A DNA stretch of 64,000 nucleotides from Chiloscyllium plagiosum (taxonomy: Eukaryota), in the NCBI RefSeq assembly GCF_004010195.1, contig NC_057760.1, positions 4,559,477-4,623,476 of the forward strand. Reading direction: 5' to 3'. The position numbers and the translations under genes were made by a program. Below, in pieces: positions 24,201 to 36,585 of this stretch. Positions within the stretch are counted from its first letter, which is position 1; each line of letters opens with the position of its first letter. The notes below the pieces were generated by a model. That model was not told the DNA's origin. It did not search any database and saw nothing but the letters and a program-made list of their open reading frames with translations.

Positions 24201-24586
24201 ATGTATAACAGGTTTGTTAGAAAGCTGTGGGGGTTGGTGCGGTGCTGAAAAATGGGGAAGAAAGAGAGGGAGAGACTGTGATCACGGTAAGTGCTGGTGA
24301 AAGCAGCTTCTAAACGGATGGAGGAGGGGAGAGATTTCTAAATCCCTTGTACATTCCTGCTGGTTTCAACTCATTTTCATGTTTAATCTATTTAGGGTGG
24401 TGTCTGTTTATTTGGAAATGGTAAGAAAGTTTAAGCTGCAGGTTCAGTTTTATACCTATATGGGTGCTCTATACAGACAGCATAACTCATATTCATGCAT
24501 CAGGGTCTGAGGGTGGGGGTAATGTCATGTGTCACTGGATCATTTGGCAGCGCTGCTGCTGCTGCATTTAGAGACTGAAGGGGAAA

Positions 24587-24603
24587 TAGCACCACCTGGT
24601 GGG
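24587..24603 (-). promoter_or_regulatory. CTCF-like motif between ERCC2 and LTBP4
   Basis: Minus strand CCCACCAGGTGGTGCTA closely matches the CTCF core consensus; motif evidence only. Confidence 0.5.
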
Positions 24604-24753
24604 AAGGAGCTGATGCCACACAGGCAGAACCAAACCAGACAAAGCAGAATATTACTCAGATATTACATAACTTTCATTATTACAGTTTAAAATTATTTTA
24701 CTGTTAGGCATTTTCCAGCATTCTTGACCTCAGGACATTTAAAGTATTTTGTG

Positions 24754-24908
24754 ATTTGGAAGTGCTGGTATTGGACTGGAGTGTACAAAGTTAAAAATCA
24801 CACAACACCAGGTTATAGTCCAACAGGTTTATTTGGAAGCACTAGCTTTCGGAGCGCTGCTCCTTCATCAGGTGGTTATGGAGCAGTGCTCCAAAAGCTA
24901 GTGTTTCC
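24754..24908 (-). mobile_element. Short Penelope-type insertion (third family) with intact hammerhead core
   Basis: 13-bp TSD AAAGTATTTTGTG at 24741-24753 and 24909-24921; core at 24840-24874; partial inverted copy at 24880-24908. Confidence 0.85.
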
Positions 24909-26221
24909 AAAGTATTTTGTGTAAGTTGTGCTCAAAAAGTTTCTACAAACAGCAATGTCAAATCTAGTGAAACAGAAGCAGAAAGTACTCAATGGATCTG
25001 ATAGTATTTCCGGTGAGAGGTACAGAGTTAACATTTTAGGTCCGTGACCTTTTAACAGAATTGATTAAGACGTTAGAAGTTTCAGTGGAATATATGGAAC
25101 TCTTTTTTTGTTCTAATCACACTCAGATCCAACCCCTTTTCTCACCTCTTCCCTTAGTGCTTTATTAATGTGTCACTTCCCATGTTGACCCTGAACTGCA
25201 GTTTCCATGATTTGGTTTCCAATTTTCACACTTCTTTCAGTTTCAAACGGTTCATCTCTCTTCTCTTCCTCTCTTTAATATCTTTGTGTGCATTTCTGGG
25301 GATAGATTATCAAAGCCATATTCATAAAATGCCTCCAAGACTCCCACCGATCTGTGGATTGTCACCTTGTTATGGTGGAGAGGATGGAGTGTTCAAATAC
25401 AGCTTGGGCATCCCTTCCGAATGAAGAGTTATGGACCAGACCAGGCCTGTCAAAACATTTCAAGAAAGTAGTTCACACTCTAACTTTGCTAGTTGTTTTA
25501 AGCAGGTGTTAGGCAGATTTCCAGGAGTGATGCAGATGGTCAAAACCACTTAATTTTAAACAAAACAATTTATTTACAAGATTACTGAATGAAACACAGA
25601 AGAGAACAGATACAGAACAACAACCTATGAAAAACCCAAGAAGTCATCCCAACTTAATTATATTATTCCAAATACTTGCAACAATCCCCATAAATACCCC
25701 TTAGCAAAAAAGGTAAAATCAAACACAAGTTCTTACAGGAGAGATGTCAGAGAGAGGGAGGATCAGCATGGAGCTGCTTCTTTGGGTCCAGCAGCTTCAC
25801 AGCACAACTTGCTAAAAACTAAAACAAGTCAGAGAAAAGCTGAGCTTTTCATTGTACAAGTGTTTTTTTTAAAATTTGAAAACCTTTTGCCCGAGGCAGT
25901 ATCTGTCAGCTATAATTAAGTTGGCCCTAAAACCCTTTAAACCTAGGTTTTTCAGAATCGCTGCATTTATGACCTCTCTGAAAAAAAAGGACACCATAAC
26001 TTTGTTAAAGGACCAGCTTCGTCACACCTCCTCTCTTAAAAAGAATGAACCATCAATATCCAAAGATGGCTTTATTTTAAAAAACCTTCATCTTAAACTG
26101 TTAGTACTCTACGACATACATATACATTACATTGACACTAAACATACAAATATGCACTACTACACACTTTCAGTCTGCTTTACTCCTGCCACTGAACACC
26201 TGTTTCTCATGAGTCTTGACA

Positions 26222-26506
26222 ATGCAGCGTGGTGGCTCAGTGGTTAGCATTGCTGCCTCACAGCATGAGGGACCTGGGTTCAATTCCTGCCTCTGGCTAC
26301 TATCCGTGTAGAGTTTACACATTCTCCATGTGTCTCTGTGGGTTTTCTCCCACAATCCAAAGATATGCAGGCCAGGTGAATTGGCTGTGCTAAATTTCCT
26401 GTAGTGTTAGGTGCATTAATTAGGGGGGTGGGTTACTGTCCAGAGGATTGGTGTGGACTTGGTTGGCTAAATGGCCTGTTTCCATACTGTAGGGAATCCA
26501 ATCTAA
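26222..26506 (+). mobile_element. tRNA-derived SINE inside the Gypsy element
   Basis: Same family as 15961-16274. Confidence 0.88.
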
Positions 26507-28183
26507 CGTGTTAGCAATTGTTTTCTTGTCCTACCACAGGTACAATTTTCAAATTGAGTGGCTGTAACAACAAGTTCCATCTAAACAGTCTACAATTATT
26601 GTCCTTAAATTTCTCCACAAACCTCCATGGGTTATGGTCAGTGTATACGATTGTTTCAGATGCATTGCTGGTAACATAAACATTGAAATATTGTAATGCC
26701 AACACCAAGCTCAAAGTCTCCTTCTCAACTGTTAAATATTTCTGCTGATTAATGTTGAATTTTCTGGAAATACCCGATAGGTCTTTCAATTCTCTCATTG
26801 TCTTCCTGTAAGGGCACAGCACCAACACCCACATCACTCGCATCAATAGCCACCTTGAATGATTTTGCGTAATTAGGTGTGGCTAGTACTGGGGCAGTGG
26901 TTATTACAGCTTTCAGACTGTCAAATGCCTTCTGACAGTATGTTGTCCACTGAAACTTCTTGCCATTCTGTAGCAATTCAGTGAGTGGAGCAGCCAAACT
27001 GCTAAAATTTGGTGCAAGTTTTTGAGAATATCCACACAATCCCAGGGATCACAATACTGTTCTTTGTGTCTATGCATCGCATGGGGCCATTTGTCCATGT
27101 GCAATAACATGGCCTACAAAGATGACTTGGGCTTTGCAATTAACTATTAGCCACGTTTATCACCATTCTGCCTTCCGAACAATTCTGATAGATGATGCAA
27201 ATGTTCCTTCCATGTGTGACTAAAAATGACCAGGTCATCTATATATACACAATTGGGTAGTCTGGAAATGACCTTATGTGCGTGTTTGATTTCTTGTCTT
27301 CTTCCTGTTTCATTGTATGCTGTCATACTTTTACATGCTGGCACATTTTTCATACAAAATGGCTTGAATTTAAACTGATACAGTCCATTCAGCATTACAA
27401 AAGCCAAAATTGTCTTTCCTATTTCAAAGGTACTAGTTGGTATCCCCTGAGCAAGTCCAATTCAGAAGTATAAGCTGCTTGTCCCACCTTTCCAACACAG
27501 TTGGCCAAACACGGAATTGGATATGGTTCAGTCTTTGTAACTGACTTTGTGATGGTCCACACATAACTATTGGGTACCATCTGGCTTTGGCACCATGACT
27601 ATGGGTGAGCTCCAGTCAATATAACTCACTTTGATTATGTCATCTCCTTTTGAACCTGTGCCAACTTGAGAGGGTTATGTCTGTAAGGATGTTGCTTAAT
27701 CGGAAAAAGCATCTCCTACATGTACATCATGCGTAATTAGGTTAGTATTTCCTAGCTTATTTCCACATATCTCCCTGTATTATATAATAACTTTCAGGTC
27801 ATTTTGATTTTCCTTTAGAAGGTAACTCAATAATTTATTCCAATTTTTGACAACTTCCACATTGTCCAATTTAATTTGAGGAATGTCCAATTCAGAATCC
27901 TCTGAACTTGATATTGTAAACAAAACATGGTCTCCTGTCTTTCCTACCCTGTCAAAACATCTTTTGAGCATAATCACATGACACTGTGACACAGATTTCT
28001 TTCTGTCTGGAGTCCTTATCAAATAGTTCACCTCAATTTCCTCTCAACTTGATAAGGTCCACTAAATCTTGTTTTTAAAGGTTCACCTATCTCTGTAAGT
28101 AACACTAATATCTTATCTCTGACAGCAAAATTGCTAGTTTTTGATTTCTTGTCTGCTTCCTGTTTCATTGTATGCTGTGATAT

Positions 28184-29404
28184 TGATTGAGTTGTTTGAA
28201 GAAGTAACAAAGAGGATTGAGGAGGGCAGAGCTGTAGGTGTGATCTATATGGACTTCAGTCAAGTGTTCAAGAAGATTCCTCATGGGAGACTGGTTAGCA
28301 AGGCTAGATCTCATGGAATACAGGGAGAACTAGTTATTTGGATACAGAACTGGCTGAAAGGTAGAAGAGATCATGGTGGTGGAGGGTTGTTTTTCAGACT
28401 GGAGGCCTGTAACCAGTGGAGTGCCACAAGGATCGGTGGTGGGTCTACTACTTTTCATCATTTATATAAATGATTTGGATGCGAGCATAAGAGGTATAGT
28501 TGGATTGCTGATGACACCAAAATTGGAGGCATTGTGGACAGAGAAGAAGGTTACCTCAGATTACAATGGGATCTTGATCAGATGGGCCAATGGGCTGAGA
28601 AGTGGCAGATGGAGTTTAATTTAGATAAATGCGAGGTGCTGCATTTTGGGAAAGCAATCCTTAGTAGGACTTATACACTTAATGGTAAGATCCTAGGGAG
28701 TTTTGCTGAACAAAGAGACCTTGGAGTGCAGGTTCATAGCTCCTTGAAAATGAAGTCGCAGGTAGGTAGGATTGTGAAGAAGGCATTTGGTATGCATTCC
28801 TTTATTGGTCAGAGCATTGAGTACAGGAGTTGGGAGGTCATGTTACGGCTGTACAGGACGTTGGTTAGGCCACTGTTGGGATATTGTGTGCAATTCTGGT
28901 CTCCTTCCTATCGGAAAGATGTGAAACCTGAAAGGGTTCAGAAAAAATTTAGAAGGATGTTGCCAGGGTTAGAGGATTTGAGCTATAGGGAGAGGTTGAA
29001 TAGGCTAGGGCTGTTTTCCCTGGAGCATCAGAGGCCGAGGAGTGACCTTATAAAATCATTAGGAGCATGGATAGGATAAATGGACAAGGTCTTTTCCCTG
29101 GGGTGGGGGTGTTCAGTACTCGAGGGCATAGGTTTAGGGTGAGAGGAAAGATATACAAGAGGCCTATGGGGCAACGTTTTCACGCAGAGGGTGGTACGTG
29201 TATGGAATGAGCTGCCAGAGGATGTGGTGGAGGCTGGTACAATTGCAACATTTAAGAGGCATTTGGATGGGTATATGAATAGGAAGGGTTTGGAGGGATA
29301 TGGGCCAGGTACTGGCAGGTAGGACTAGATTGGGTTGGAATATCTGGTTGGCATGGACAAGTTGGACCAAAGGGTCTGTTTCTGTGCTGCACATCTCTAT
29401 GACT
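28184..29404 (+). mobile_element. CR1-type LINE 3' fragment inserted in the Gypsy integrase
   Basis: [43 protein letters not shown] tail. Confidence 0.92.
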
Positions 29405-32400
29405 TTATATATAAATGCTATCTAGCCAACTCTCCCATGCTATTTAATTGATCCCTAAAATGTGACACATAGTTTAAACATGTTGCCTCTGGATTGTGAC
29501 TTATCAATGTCTCCTTAATCAATTTTAGCGGTCCTCTCACTTGATGTCCAAAAACTAATTTAAGCGGACTAAATTTGGTCAATTCATTTGGTGTATCTTT
29601 GATTGCAAAACGTACAAATCATCTGAATACTCTGGACTATAAGCTTTCAACATGATCTTTAATGTATGATTCCACCTTTCTAGCATTGCCTGTGACTCTG
29701 GATGGAACGCAGTAGATTTGAAGCTGTCCATAACTTACTTGAATAATTTCGATATGAAGTTTGACCCTTGATCTGATTGTATCTCTGAAAGAATTGAGTA
29801 ATTCCTCTACAATCCTTTTAGTTGTGATACTAATTATTGAAATGGCCTCTGGAAATCTAGTGGACACATCCATTATTGTTAACAAATACGGATTCCCACT
29901 TTTTGTTTTAGGTAGGCTCCTAAAAAATCAATGAAGACTCTTGTAAAAGGTTCCTCAAATGCAGGAATAGGTATTGAAGGTGCAGGTTTTATTACTACCT
30001 GTGGTTACCTGACATGTATGACACGTCTGGCAAAATTCAACTACATCCTTATGCAATCCACATCAGTAAAAATGTTTTTGTATTTTAGCTTGTGTTTTCC
30101 TCACTCCTATATGACCCGCTCGTGGTAGCTTGTGCACTACCCGTAACACCTTCTTTCTATAACCTTCTGCCCATTTCTCACCTGACTGAACATGTGATGG
30201 TCTCCATTTTCTCATTAAGACATCATTTTTAAGGTAGTAACATTCAGGGATACATTTGGATTCTTTTTTCCATGTATGCCTTTTGATAACAATTGCTTTC
30301 AGTTTTAAGTTTTTAATCTTTCTGCTGTAACTCAGTTAATTTATCTGATTTAAAGACGTCTGCTGTGTCATCTATCTGCTCCTGGCTTGTGCCAACTATC
30401 TGATCAAACAGGGTCCCTGCTAACTCCACTTCAACTTTCTTATCTGTACTCTTTGATCGCTCCTGTTTCAACCTGTGACTTTGCGACCTTGTTACCACAC
30501 AGTCAGGAAAAATTCCAAGAACTGTGTTCTGCAATAGTTCAGTTGTCTGAGTTTTCACGGGCTTTTCAACCACAGTAGACAGCACTCCTACCAGTGAATC
30601 AGCTATATCATTAGCAAGGGCAAATTATATTCCTGGAGCTGAGAGTTTGTCCAGTACTCCTACCACGACTTTTCCACTCTTCTCTGGACACTCTAACCTC
30701 TCGTTATATAATTGAGCACTTCTTGTCTCACCGCGAATTCCTGTTACTAGTACCTTTTCGGGCAATAGTCCGATACGTATCTCAGCTTTCAACATCAAAG
30801 ATTGAGAGGATCCTGTATCTCTTAATATTGTAACCTTTTTACCTGCTGCTCCCGGCCTATACGAGTAAACTTTACCTTTGCAGGTATATGGTTTAAGATG
30901 ATCTGGCACTTCCTCCTTTACAAACCTCTGACCAGGTTGTACATTCTGGTGCAACTTTCTAGCCTCCACTGTGCTTTCTGTTACCACTCCAACAGAATTC
31001 ACTGGCTTATCCTGGTTTCCTACATCTGGCTTCCCAGTGCTTTTCCTAACCCACCAACACTGATTTCATGTGGCCTACTTTATTGCAGTGAAAAAATCGG
31101 AGCTTTTTAACTTCTCTTTCCCCTTCAAGGGTTTCCTTTTTACCCTGTGGTAAGTTATCCTTATGATCTTCATCGAGGTGTACCTTTCCCTTTCCAAGTG
31201 AGGAATTTTCTTTTTCCCAATTTCTATCCCTCACAGACTGAAATTGATTTTGGAAGCTAACCTTTGACTTATGGGCCAACTCATAATCATCAGCCATTTC
31301 AGCTGCTAATCTTGCAGTTTTAACTCTCTGCTTTTCCATGAGTTCTCACTACTTCAGGAAGTGATTTTTTGAACTCCTTGAAAATAATCGTCTATCTAAG
31401 AGTGTCATAGATTTGCTATATTTTTAATGCCCGTATCCACCTATCAAAATGACTTTGTTTAATCCTTTCAAACTCAATGCAGGTTTGACCAGGGTCCCTC
31501 AGATTCCTGAAACATTTTCCATACAAGCTCATATACATAAAATGACTTTCTTCACCTCCTCATACACCCCAGATACCCCCCTCTGATAGTGCTAGTGAGG
31601 TACTCTCATCATCACTATCTACAAGTTTTGTTTGGATCAACACCCATACAGTAACTGGCCACCACATTTGATTAACTGCCTTTTCAAATGAGATGAAAAA
31701 GGCTTCCACGTCCTTCTCATCAAATTGAGGCAATGCTTGAATATATTTTAACAGTTTCTCACCAGGCCTTTGACTACCATGGGTTTGCTCATCCTCACTA
31801 GGTTTATCTTCATCTCCATCCTTTTAAGCTGACTTTCCTGTCTAAGTGCCAATTTCTGAAATTCAAACTTCCTTTCCTCTGCTTTTAATCATAATTCAAA
31901 CTGTTTCATTTATGTTGCCCTTTCCTTGTCTTTTGCCTCTAACTCATTTTCAATTGAATTATAGCCATCTCTAAAGATTTTGATGGCGTTTCCTGCATAT
32001 TTAAATGCTGAGCTACTGCTATAATTATCTCTCCTTTCCTTACAGAATGAGACAGCTCCAACTCCAGATTGTCTGCTAATTCTAGCAGCTTGGCATTTAT
32101 CACCTTCCATAAAACCCCCAAGATCACTTCATTCTGCTCCCCCACCCCACCCAGAAAACTCTTAGTAACTGAAAGAGCCATTGCAATCCCAAGCACTATT
32201 TAAGCCATCCAAATTCAACCAGAACAAAAGACACTAACACTCACCACTTGCTGCCCTCGAGTCCAGCAATCACAATTCCAATTTGGAAACATAGAACAAA
32301 TCCTGCGAAAGAGCCCTCAAATCTGTTGTAGACCAGGCCAGGTTAGACCCCTCAAAACATATCAAGAAAATAGCCCACACCCTAATTTGTTAGTTGTTTT

Positions 32401-33655
32401 AAGCAGGTGTTTAGCAGATATTCCAGGAGCGATGCAGCTGGTCAAGCCACTTAGTTTTAAAAACAGAATTGATTTACAAGATTATTGAATGAAACACAAA
32501 CAAAACAGAACAGAATGTAGAATAACTAAACCTCTCCGAAAACCCAACAGGTTATCCCAAACTAATGAAACTGTTCAAAATACTTGCAACATCCTTTGGT
32601 AAAAAATGGAAAAATCAAACACAGGTTCTTAAAGGAGCTATGTCAGAGAGAGGATCAGCATGGAGCTGCTTTTTTTGGGTCCAGCAGTTTCACAACGCAA
32701 CTTGTTAAAAATCAAACCAGAGGAAAACTGAGCTGGGAGAACTGGCCACTTCCATTTCATTGTACAAGTGATTTTTTAAATTTGAAAGTGTTTTGCCTGA
32801 GGCAGTATCTGTTAGCTACAATCAAATTGGCCCCAAAACTCTTCAAAACTGGAATTTTTGAAATCACTGCTATTACAACCTCTCTGAAAAGAAAGCCAAG
32901 GACAGCATAACCTTGTTAAAGGAGCACCACTGTCACACAAGTCACAATTCTTTAAGAACATCCATTGACAAAAGTCAAAAAAAGGAACCAGAGAAAGGAA
33001 TGGCAACAATCTCAAAGCCAAGGACCAGTGCCACCTCCCAGAAATTCCTGTTAAATGTGGTCAAAGATGTGACTCTGCCGTCTCCAGCCTGGCATGAGCA
33101 CCAGATGGGTCTTCCCATTTCCTCTCCTCAGCAACCCACAGGGATCATTCCCATTGGAGCATCAGTGCTCTTCTTGGTCTCAGTTGTTAAGAACATGTGT
33201 TATTTTATAAAACAGTTATATTTTAAACTGTCTCCTTTAATTCTAGGTAAAATAGAAAGTTTAGAAAGTGGCACTGAACCTTCTACAAAATGTACAGAAA
33301 CCTGGTTGACATGTCGACAGAGGCCAAACTTGTTGGAAGGAAGAGGGAAATTTTGACAGCTTAATAAAAAGATCAGAGGTGGTTTTGCTGTGCCTAGGCT
33401 CCCTCAGCTCTTTAGGCAGAAGGGTTTGGGGAAGATATCAATAAGCAGGAGCTGCTATGCCAAACAGGAGAAAGACCTTGGTGGGAGATCAGCCACAAAG
33501 AGTGGTGGTCAGAATAGATGTCATATTTGAGTAGATGAGACATATCAGAGAGTCAGGCATGCTGGAGTCACTACAAGGTGCCTTGCTACTGGAATTCCAT
33601 CCTGCTCAGAGAATCAGGAGGAGGGACTTACTTTTAAAGGATACCAGAAGATACA

Positions 33656-33844
33656 AAGTTGAAAATGTGTTGCTGGAAAAACGCAGCAGGTCAGGCAGCA
33701 TCCAAGGAACAGGAGAATCAACATTTCGGGCATGAGCCCAGCCCTCCTTCCTGAAGAAGGGCTTATGCCCGAAACGTTGATTCTCCTGTTCCTTGGCTGC
33801 TGCCTGACCTGCTGCGCTTTTCCAGCAACACATTTTCAGCTCCT
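33656..33844. mobile_element. Penelope-derived fold-back insertion
   Basis: 14-bp TSD TACCAGAAGATACA (33642-33655 and 33845-33858); plus-strand core CTGAAGAAGGGCTTATGCCCGAAACGTT from 33751. Confidence 0.88.
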
Positions 33845-33864
33845 ACCAGAAGATACACCCTTGT

Positions 33865-34023
33865 ACATCAACTAAATATTACTTGGGTAATTTATACCCA
33901 AGTGTAAATTAGATATAAATTTATAAATGGCATGTGGAGATTTCAGTTGTGTTATTAAGTTAATGCCGTGTACCTTTTCTGAAGTTTAGGGTATAAATTG
34001 CCCAAGTAATATTTAGTTAATGT
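33865..34023. repeat. AT-rich inverted repeat (MITE-like)
   Basis: 35-bp arms at 33865-33899 and 33989-34023 with two mismatches. Confidence 0.7.
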
Positions 34024-34382
34024 TGATTTTAGCTTATTTTGCTACACAAGTTTTACATTGTGAAATCGTGTTGTGTAATTCTTTGCATTGATCACTGGGA
34101 TATTAACTCTCTAAATGTTATCAGTCTGGGTAGGGATCTCAAAGACCCCAAGAATCCCCTCCCTATCTTTTGCCATTTTACATACTTGAACTGCGGGCAT
34201 AACACTCAGCCTTTTATCTCCTCCCTTCTCACCATTGAACATCCCAAACACTCCAATTGAAAAAGCAATTTACTTGTATTTTCTTTATATTGAGTAGGTT
34301 AAGGATCAATGATTAGCTTAGAGTCTCAAGAAGAAATTTCCTGCTCTTCTTCCAACTGCAATCCACAGCATCATCCTGCTCT

Positions 34383-34700
34383 GCACTGAACCTCCGATAC
34401 TGCGGCACTCCCTCAGCACTGACCCTCCGACACTGCGGCACTCCTTCAGCACTGACCCTTCGACAGTGCGGCACACCCTCAGCACTGACCCTGCGGCACA
34501 CCCTCAGCACTGACCCTCTGACAGTGTGGCACTCCCTCAGTATTGACCCTCCAACACTGCAGCACTCCCTCAGTACTGACCCTCTGACACTGCGGCACTC
34601 CCTCAGCACTGACCCTCTGACAGTGCAGCACTCCCTCAGCACTGACCCTCCAACAGTGCAGCACTCCCTCAGCACTGACTCGCTGACAGAGCCGCACTGC
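34383..34700 (-). repeat. 33-bp minisatellite downstream of the ERCC2 stop
   Basis: Reverse complement of the same unit. Confidence 0.95.
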
Positions 34701-35086
34701 ATTAATACCTTTTCAATTTGTCATCATCATGATCTCTTGCTCTGTGTAAAACCAGTCTCCTTACCCCTGTACATCAGTGATCAATGTCAAAGCTTGAGGC
34801 AATGTGAAAAGAACACACAGGTTCAATGATTAGTACAAAATCTTGTTTATCAACTGTGAGGTCAGTTGCTAATATTTTACAATCAATACTTGGACACGGG
34901 AAGATCTCCCATTGGTCAGTACCCACGGAGGTCACAGATTGACCCTTCCTTTCCGCTCCCACTACTAATAGCATCGAGCTACCATTCAAATCCTGTTTCT
35001 TGCAGAAGGTAGGAGATCAAACTGATGCAAATACTGGAGTGGAAGGCTCTGTGTTGGTATTCAAACAGGTGCTGCCCATCCTCCCT

Positions 35087-35179
35087 TCACACTTGGTGAG
35101 AAATCTGCTGGATTCTGCTTAGTATCTCCTCGGATTCGAGCTGATCTAGTGAGAGCAGTGACAATCCCAACTGATCTTC
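35087..35179 (-). CDS. ERCC2: ERCC2 last coding exon (exon 23 equivalent), to stop codon
   Basis: CAG|GAA GAT CAG...; [30 protein letters not shown] then TGA at 35089-35087. Confidence 0.96.
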   Translation of the reverse strand, partial: EDQLGLSLLSLDQLESEEILSRIQQISHQV

Positions 35180-36268
35180 CTGGGGTTAGAATCAGGAAAA
35201 ACAGAAAATGTTAAACAAATCATAAATAAAATACTTTTTAGGACCACAATGACAGTTTCTCAGAAGCTAACACAGGAAAAGTATTGAAATTCTCCCAAGT
35301 GTCCTGGCTGACATGTATCCTTCATTTAAATATTATCCAGAGCACTCGAAGTACAAGAGGAGACTGGGGGACAGAAAGCATGTGGTGAAAGCACTAGAGT
35401 TGGGGTTGGTGTTGGGGAAAGAGAGATATCGATGTAGAAAACTGAAAAAGAGAGACAGAGGAGAGAAGATAGGAAAGAAAAAAACCTGTGGGAGAAATAG
35501 AACAGGAATTAATGAGAGAGAGAAGAAAAAAACAGAACAGTAAACGAAAGAACTTATACATCAGCAAAGAACAAAAGGAAATATGAGGTGTCAGTGGGGG
35601 AGCACTTTGGGGCCAGCGACCATAATTCTATTCGTTTTAAAATCGTGATGGAAAAGGATAGACCAGATCTAAAAGTTGAAGTTCTAAATTGGAGAAAGGC
35701 CAATTTTGACGGTATTAGGCAAGAACTTTCGAAAGCTGATTGGAGGCAGATGTTCGCAGGTAAAGGGACGACTGGAAAATGGGAAGCCTTCAGAAATGAG
35801 ATAACAAGAATCCAGAGAAAGTATACTCCTGTTAGGGTGAAAGGAAAGGCTGGTAGGTATAGGGAATGCTGGATGACTAAAGAAATTGAGGGTTTGGTTA
35901 AGAAAAAGAAGGAAGCATATGTCAGGTATAGACAGGATAGATCGAGTGAATCCTTAGGAGAGTATAAAGAAAGTAGGAGTCTACTTAAGAGGGAAATCAG
36001 GAGGGCAAAACGGGGACATGAGATAGCTTTGGCAAATAGAATTAAGGAGAATCCAAAGGGTTTTTTACAAATACATTAAGGACAAAAGGGTAACTAGGGA
36101 GAGAATAGGGCCCCTCAAAGATCAGCAAGGCGGCCTTTGTGTGCAGCCAAGAAAACGGGGGAGATACTAAATGAATATTTTGCATCAGTATTTACTGCGG
36201 AAAAGAATATGGAAGATATAAACTGTAGGGAAATAGATGGTGACATCTTGCAAAATGCCCAGATTACA

Positions 36269-36585
36269 GTGGGCGGCACGGTGGCACAGTGGTTAGCACT
36301 GCTGCCTCACAGCGCCAGAGACCCGGGTTCAATTCCCGACTCAGGCGACTGACTGTGTGGAGTTTGCACATTCTCCCCGTGTCTGCGTGGGTTTTCTCCG
36401 GGTGCTCCGGTTTCCTCCCACAGTCCAAAAGATGTGCAGGTCAGGTGAATTGGCCATGCTAAATTGCCTGTAGTGTTAGGTAAAGGGGTAAATGTACGGG
36501 AATGGGTGGGTTACGCTTCGGCGGGTCGGTGTGGACTTGTTGGGCCGAAGGGCCTGTTTCCACACTGTAAGTAATCTAATCTAAT
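36269..36585 (+). mobile_element. tRNA-derived SINE inside a CR1
   Basis: Near-identical to 15961-16274. Confidence 0.9.

Larger units (their letters stand above)
25427..32937 (-). mobile_element. Full-length but decayed Ty3/Gypsy LTR retrotransposon (Gmr1-type), LTRs 32324-32937 and 25427-26026
   Basis: tRNA-Pro-like PBS next to 32324; gag with CCHC-like FHCNKVGH near 31070; protease ILRDTGSSQS near 30820; integrase about 30130-27950; RT YIDD near 27240; RNase H (IDASD, EKE, TDHNP) about 26850-26511; PPT 26027-26039; 4-bp flanks GAAG/CAAG. Confidence 0.93.

Noticed and set aside
25427..32937. Active retrovirus or domesticated gag/integrase gene
   Set aside because: No env; all domains are broken by stops, frameshifts and nested insertions
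32913..33356. 147-aa ORF
   Set aside because: Starts within an LTR at a non-ATG codon; no recognisable domain
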